Below, piece after piece: positions 60,674 to 64,000 of a DNA stretch of 64,000 bases. Position numbers and translations under genes: made by a program. The notes under the pieces are model-generated. The model did not search any database, had not been told where the DNA came from, and worked only from the letters and a program-made list of their open reading frames with translations. This DNA is from an uncultured Acidobacteriota bacterium (GTDB lineage Bacteria; Acidobacteriota; Vicinamibacteria; Vicinamibacterales; Fen-181): NCBI GenBank assembly GCA_963776495.1, contig CAVZMW010000006.1:370435-434434 (forward strand). Reading direction: 5' to 3'. Within the stretch, counting starts at the first letter, position 1. Each line of letters opens with the position of its first letter.

Positions 60674-62056
60674 TCAGCCTCCGACCATCTGCATCAGGAT
60701 GTCGAGCGCCGCGTCGACCGACTGGAAGTAGCGGGCGTTGGCCTCGTAGGCGCGCTGGAACTTCAGCATCAGCGCCGCCTCTTCGTCGATTGACACGCCC
60801 GACACCGTCTCGCGGAGGGTGCGGACCTGGAGCACCGCGTCGGCGGCACTCTGCTGCTGCTGCTGGGCGGTCGCCGTGTCCTGGCCGACGCGAAAGGCGA
60901 GGTTGCCGAAGCTCTCGACCATCGTCGCGGTGCCGCCGTCGAGCGTCCTCGAGTCGCGCAAGGCCGCGATGGCGCGGGCGGTCTGGTTGTCGCCGACCGA
61001 GGGCACGCCGGCGGCGGCGATCCGGCGCGGATCGGCCGCGAGCGCCGGGTTCACCGCGATCGCCGACGCCGCGCCGGTGGCGCCCGCGAGGGGCGTGAAG
61101 AACGGGAGCCCCGCCTGCCCGTTGAGGTCGAAGCCGGCCGAGTGCAGGTCGTTCACCTGCTGGGTCACCGCAGCGGCCAGCGTATCGAGCCGGGCGAGGT
61201 AGTCGGGCACGAGGACGTCGCGGATCTGGCGCAGGCCGCCAATCTGGCCGCCGGTCGCCTCGGAGGTGACGTCAACGCCCTGGCTGCGGAGCGCGGCCGT
61301 GCCGTCCGGCAACGACGCCGTCTCGAGGGGCACCGCGGTGGAGCCGACCACCAGGGGCCGGCCGTTCCCGAATGTCACGTCGAGCCCGCCGTCGGCGCGC
61401 TGGATGGTGTGGACCTCGAGCAGCCCGGAGAGCGATTCGATCGCCTGCAGCTGGTCGTCGCGGCATTGGAGCAACTGCGTGCTGTCGCGGGCGCCGGCGC
61501 TGCCACTGGCCGCGTTCAGCGAGGCGAGCTGCCGGGCCAGCGCGTTGACCTGGTCGACGGCGGTCCGGATCCCCGTGTCCGCGTCGGTCCGGGCGGCGCC
61601 GAGACGGCCGGCCATGTCGTGGAACGCGGAGGTCAGCGACGCGGCCTGTGAGAGCACGCCCTGGCGGGAAGACGAGGCCGTCGGATCGTCGGCCAGTTGC
61701 GAGAAGGCGTCGAAGAACGCGGTGAGGTTGGCGTCGAGCGACGCGCCCGGCTCGCCAACCGCGGCATCGACCGCGGACAGGCCCTGGGCGAGGGCCGCCT
61801 GTTCGCTCTCCGAGGACACCTCCTGCTCGAGGCGGGCTTCGACCAGCATATCGCGTACCGACCGGATGCCGGCCACCTCGACCCCGCCGCCGGCGCTCCA
61901 CTGGTCCGGTGGAGCGATGGAGGCGAAGTCGACGACGCGGCGGGCGTAACCGGGGGTGTTGGCGTTGGCGACGTTCTGCCCGACGACCGAGAGGGCGGTG
62001 CTCTGCGCCGCGAGGGAGCGCGCGGCCATCGACAGGTTTCCGAAGAGGTCGCCCAT
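60674..62056 (-). CDS. flgK: Flagellar hook-associated protein 1 FlgK
   Basis: The product has MGDLFGNLSMAARSLAAQSTALSVVGQNVANANTPGYARR. The C-terminal region is VSGVSIDEEAALMLKFQRAYEANARYFQSVDAALD. Confidence 0.9.
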   Translation of the reverse strand: MGDLFGNLSMAARSLAAQSTALSVVGQNVANANTPGYARRVVDFASIAPPDQWSAGGGVEVAGIRSVRDMLVEARLEQEVSSESEQAALAQGLSAVDAAVGEPGASLDANLTAFFDAFSQLADDPTASSSRQGVLSQAASLTSAFHDMAGRLGAARTDADTGIRTAVDQVNALARQLASLNAASGSAGARDSTQLLQCRDDQLQAIESLSGLLEVHTIQRADGGLDVTFGNGRPLVVGSTAVPLETASLPDGTAALRSQGVDVTSEATGGQIGGLRQIRDVLVPDYLARLDTLAAAVTQQVNDLHSAGFDLNGQAGLPFFTPLAGATGAASAIAVNPALAADPRRIAAAGVPSVGDNQTARAIAALRDSRTLDGGTATMVESFGNLAFRVGQDTATAQQQQQSAADAVLQVRTLRETVSGVSIDEEAALMLKFQRAYEANARYFQSVDAALDILMQMVGG

Positions 62057-62415
62057 TACAGTCTCGCTTCCAGCGCACGCACGCCGGGCACGGCGCACGC
62101 CCGCGCCGCGCCGCTCCGGTCGTAGCCGCGCGCCCATCCCGACACCGACGACGACGTTCCGGCGAAGGCCGCCAGCCCGGCCCCGAGCCGCCGGCAGCGG
62201 TCGAGGCTGGCCCGAAGGCGAATCATCTCGCGGCGCAGCGGCTCGCGATCCGGGCCGCCGGCGGTCCCGGCCGCGGGCCACGCGGCGACGGAAGACGCCA
62301 GGGGCTCCTCGGCGGCGAGCACGCCCTCGAGCCTGGCGCCGACGAGCGCCTCGGACGCCTGATCCAGCGCGGCGCGGATGCGCCTGGCCGCCGTGAGGTG
62401 TTCGCAGTCGCTCAT
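62056..62415 (-). CDS. FlgN-like protein (assigned by position between flgM and flgK)
   Basis: The 119-aa helical product has a stop that overlaps the flgK ATG (TAATG). Its position matches flgM-flgN-flgK-flgL synteny. Sequence-level support is weak. Confidence 0.45.
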   Translation of the reverse strand: MSDCEHLTAARRIRAALDQASEALVGARLEGVLAAEEPLASSVAAWPAAGTAGGPDREPLRREMIRLRASLDRCRRLGAGLAAFAGTSSSVSGWARGYDRSGAARACAVPGVRALEARL

Positions 62416-62426
62416 GATGGGCCTTG

Positions 62427-62723
62427 TCAGCCTACCGTCAGCACGTGGTCGATGAGTCGGTCGGCCAGCCGGACGAGGTCCTGTCCGACCTCCCCGGCCG
62501 CCAGTTTCTGACGTGCCCGCTCAACCGCGTCCTGCCGAATCTCCGGTGCGTCGGTTGCTGCTCGCATGGCACTGTTGACGAATTCGACATCGGTTGAGAG
62601 GTTCAGTCGGTCCGTGCCCGGCGGCGGCGCAGCCCCCCTGACCTTCGCTCGATCCGTGCCTGGGACGTCCAGGCGGACAGGGGTGCAGTCGGGTTGGCCT
62701 GGATTTCCGTCAATCTTCATCAT
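62427..62723 (-). CDS. flgM: Anti-sigma-28 factor FlgM
   Basis: The C-terminal region AMRAATDAPEIRQDAVERARQKLAAGEVGQDLVRLADRLIDHVL matches the FlgM pattern (..R.EKV..IK.AI..G.Y.VD....A..L..). Confidence 0.8.
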   Translation of the reverse strand: MMKIDGNPGQPDCTPVRLDVPGTDRAKVRGAAPPPGTDRLNLSTDVEFVNSAMRAATDAPEIRQDAVERARQKLAAGEVGQDLVRLADRLIDHVLTVG

Positions 62724-62764
62724 CCGCTCCTGCGCCGGGTTTCCTGAAGAGGCCGGTCGCCTTG

Positions 62765-63646
62765 TTAATCGGCAACCGCGACCTCGTGCTTTAGCGACGC
62801 GGCCAGCCGGGCGGCGGCCAGCTCCGGATTCACCGGCCGGCCGTTTTGCAGCAGCTCGAAGTGAAGGTGGGGCCCGGTCGATCGGCCGGTCCGTCCGACC
62901 GTGCCGAGGGCCTCGCCCGCCCGGACGTTCTCGCCCTCGTGCACGTCAATCGCGCCCAGGTGCGCGTAGCGGGTGCTGGCGCCGCCGGCGTGCTCGACGA
63001 GGACGGTGTTGCCGTACCCGGGCGCCGAGCCCGCGAACGCCACGCGCCCGTCGGCGACCGAGTCCACCTCGCGGCCGTAGGCGGCCGCCAGGTCCACGCC
63101 GTTGTGAAAGCGCGGGCCGGCGCCAAACGGATCCTGCCGCCAGCCGAAATGCGACGTGACCGGCGCGATAAGCGGCAGCGGAACCGTCGGACCGTCCGGA
63201 TCGTCGACGGGCTGTCGGCCGGCCGGCCGGACGGTGACCAGGGCGCCCCGCGGCCGAAGATCGGACGCCGGCGCCAGGGCGCTGTCGTCGTCGGATGGCG
63301 CCGTCTGCCGTTCGAGCGCCCGCCTGACCGCGTTCGCCAGGCCCATGACGCCGCCATTGGCCAGCAAACGCGCCAGTTCGGCGTCTGTCGTCTCGGTGAA
63401 CGTCTCGGCGCCGAGGCCCTCGTCCTCGTCGTCGCGCAGCTCGGACTGCCGCATTTGCCGCAAGACCTGGTTGGTCATCATCGCCTCGAACTCGCGTGCG
63501 AGCTGATCGACGCTCGCCCGACTACCTGGTTGTGCATGTTCTGTGCCAGCACCGTTGACCCCGAGGCTGGCCGGCGCGGCGACGGCGCGCTGAACCCACG
63601 CGGTCAGCGACGGCTGTTGGAGGATTGCCGGGGTACTGTCGTTCAC
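62765..63646 (-). CDS. flgJ: FlgJ-like rod-binding domain fused to an M23 (LytM) metallopeptidase
   Basis: The N-terminal QLAREFEAMMTNQVLRQMRQS is the rod-binding motif. The C-terminal FGWRQDPFGAGPRFHNGVDLAA..G..V.SVADGRV...GYGN.V.V.H....T.YAHL......G..V..G..LG.VG.TG.STGPHLHFE is an M23 signature. Confidence 0.8.
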   Translation of the reverse strand: MNDSTPAILQQPSLTAWVQRAVAAPASLGVNGAGTEHAQPGSRASVDQLAREFEAMMTNQVLRQMRQSELRDDEDEGLGAETFTETTDAELARLLANGGVMGLANAVRRALERQTAPSDDDSALAPASDLRPRGALVTVRPAGRQPVDDPDGPTVPLPLIAPVTSHFGWRQDPFGAGPRFHNGVDLAAAYGREVDSVADGRVAFAGSAPGYGNTVLVEHAGGASTRYAHLGAIDVHEGENVRAGEALGTVGRTGRSTGPHLHFELLQNGRPVNPELAAARLAASLKHEVAVAD

Positions 63647-63682
63647 GCGCTCCTCGCCTTCCAGACGCCCGTCACCCGGGCG

Positions 63683-64000
63683 TCAGATGATCACAATCTC
63701 CGCCCGCAGCGCGCCCGACACTTGCAGCGCCTGCAGGATGGCGATGATGTCCCTCGGCGTCGCCCCCAGGGCGTTCAACGCTCTCACGACCGCCTCGAGG
63801 GTCGTCCCCGCTTCGAGCGTGATGAGCGGCGCCTTGCCTTCCGTCACGTCCACGTGCTCCTCGGGGATCACGACCGTCTCGCCGGTCTTCGAGAGGGGAG
63901 ACGGCTGCGACGCGGAATACTTGGTCGAGATGCGCACCGACAGGCTGCCGTGGGCGACCGCCGCCGCGCCGATTCGCACGTCCGATCCCACGACGACCGT
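63683..64000 (-). CDS. flgI: Flagellar P-ring protein FlgI, 3' portion (runs off the window end)
   Basis: The C-terminal sequence is ...VAHGSLSV.I..........PLS..GETVV.P...V.V.E......L..G.TL..VV.ALNALGATPRDIIAILQALQVSGALRAEIVII. Confidence 0.85.
   Translation of the reverse strand, partial: TVVVGSDVRIGAAAVAHGSLSVRISTKYSASQPSPLSKTGETVVIPEEHVDVTEGKAPLITLEAGTTLEAVVRALNALGATPRDIIAILQALQVSGALRAEIVII

Overview
High-GC bacterial chromosomal segment. It is most consistent with an Acidobacteriota-like genome, an inference from an ADOP-type duplicated FtsX permease and from CarboxypepD_reg-fronted TonB receptor and hydrolase genes. All calls come from reading the supplied ORF translations and the DNA; no database search was run.

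Layout:
- 1-35 kb: mixed housekeeping and accessory genes. These include an M14 carboxypeptidase, a TetR gene with two flavodoxin-like genes, an Fe-S aldo/keto reductase, a MepA-LysM endopeptidase, a penicillin-acylase-family hydrolase, a eukaryote-style tandem phosphofructokinase, speA, a SYLF protein, vapBC, a CYTH protein, an IS110-family insertion, metK, DUF1810, dcp, a frameshifted yfcH-like gene, an ABC-2/ATPase/ABC-2-CPBP exporter, an ADOP permease, DinB and flotillin.
- 35.4-43.4 kb: a tightly packed four-gene minus-strand operon in which every product carries an export signal. It encodes a DUF900 hydrolase, a C14 caspase-DUF4384 protein, a Tat-signal protein of unknown function, and a TPR-CHAT protease. 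This is my best candidate for an undescribed system.
- 43.6-46.8 kb: a visibly AT-richer, decayed islet with a multiply frameshifted pseudogene, two perfect or near-perfect tandem duplications, a lipoprotein, a cytochrome c and a small unknown gene.
- 46.9-49.1 kb: a TonB-dependent receptor bracketed by a 74-nt direct repeat.
- 49.2-64 kb: a motility cluster with a PAS-HK-REC hybrid kinase, motB, motA, a frameshifted motB paralog, a motA paralog, flbD, fliC, fliD, fliS, a chaperone-like gene, GNAT, csrA, fliW, flgL, flgK, a flgN-like gene, flgM, a FlgJ-M23 fusion and partial flgI.

An unusual genome-scale signal in the first 34 kb: nearly every intergenic gap is filled by tandem 7-8 nt units. 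Several of these are organised as reverse-complementary arms around a conserved GTCACGCGTGAC palindrome. No rRNA, tRNA or CRISPR array was recognised. The many long antisense ORFs in the track are high-GC shadow frames.
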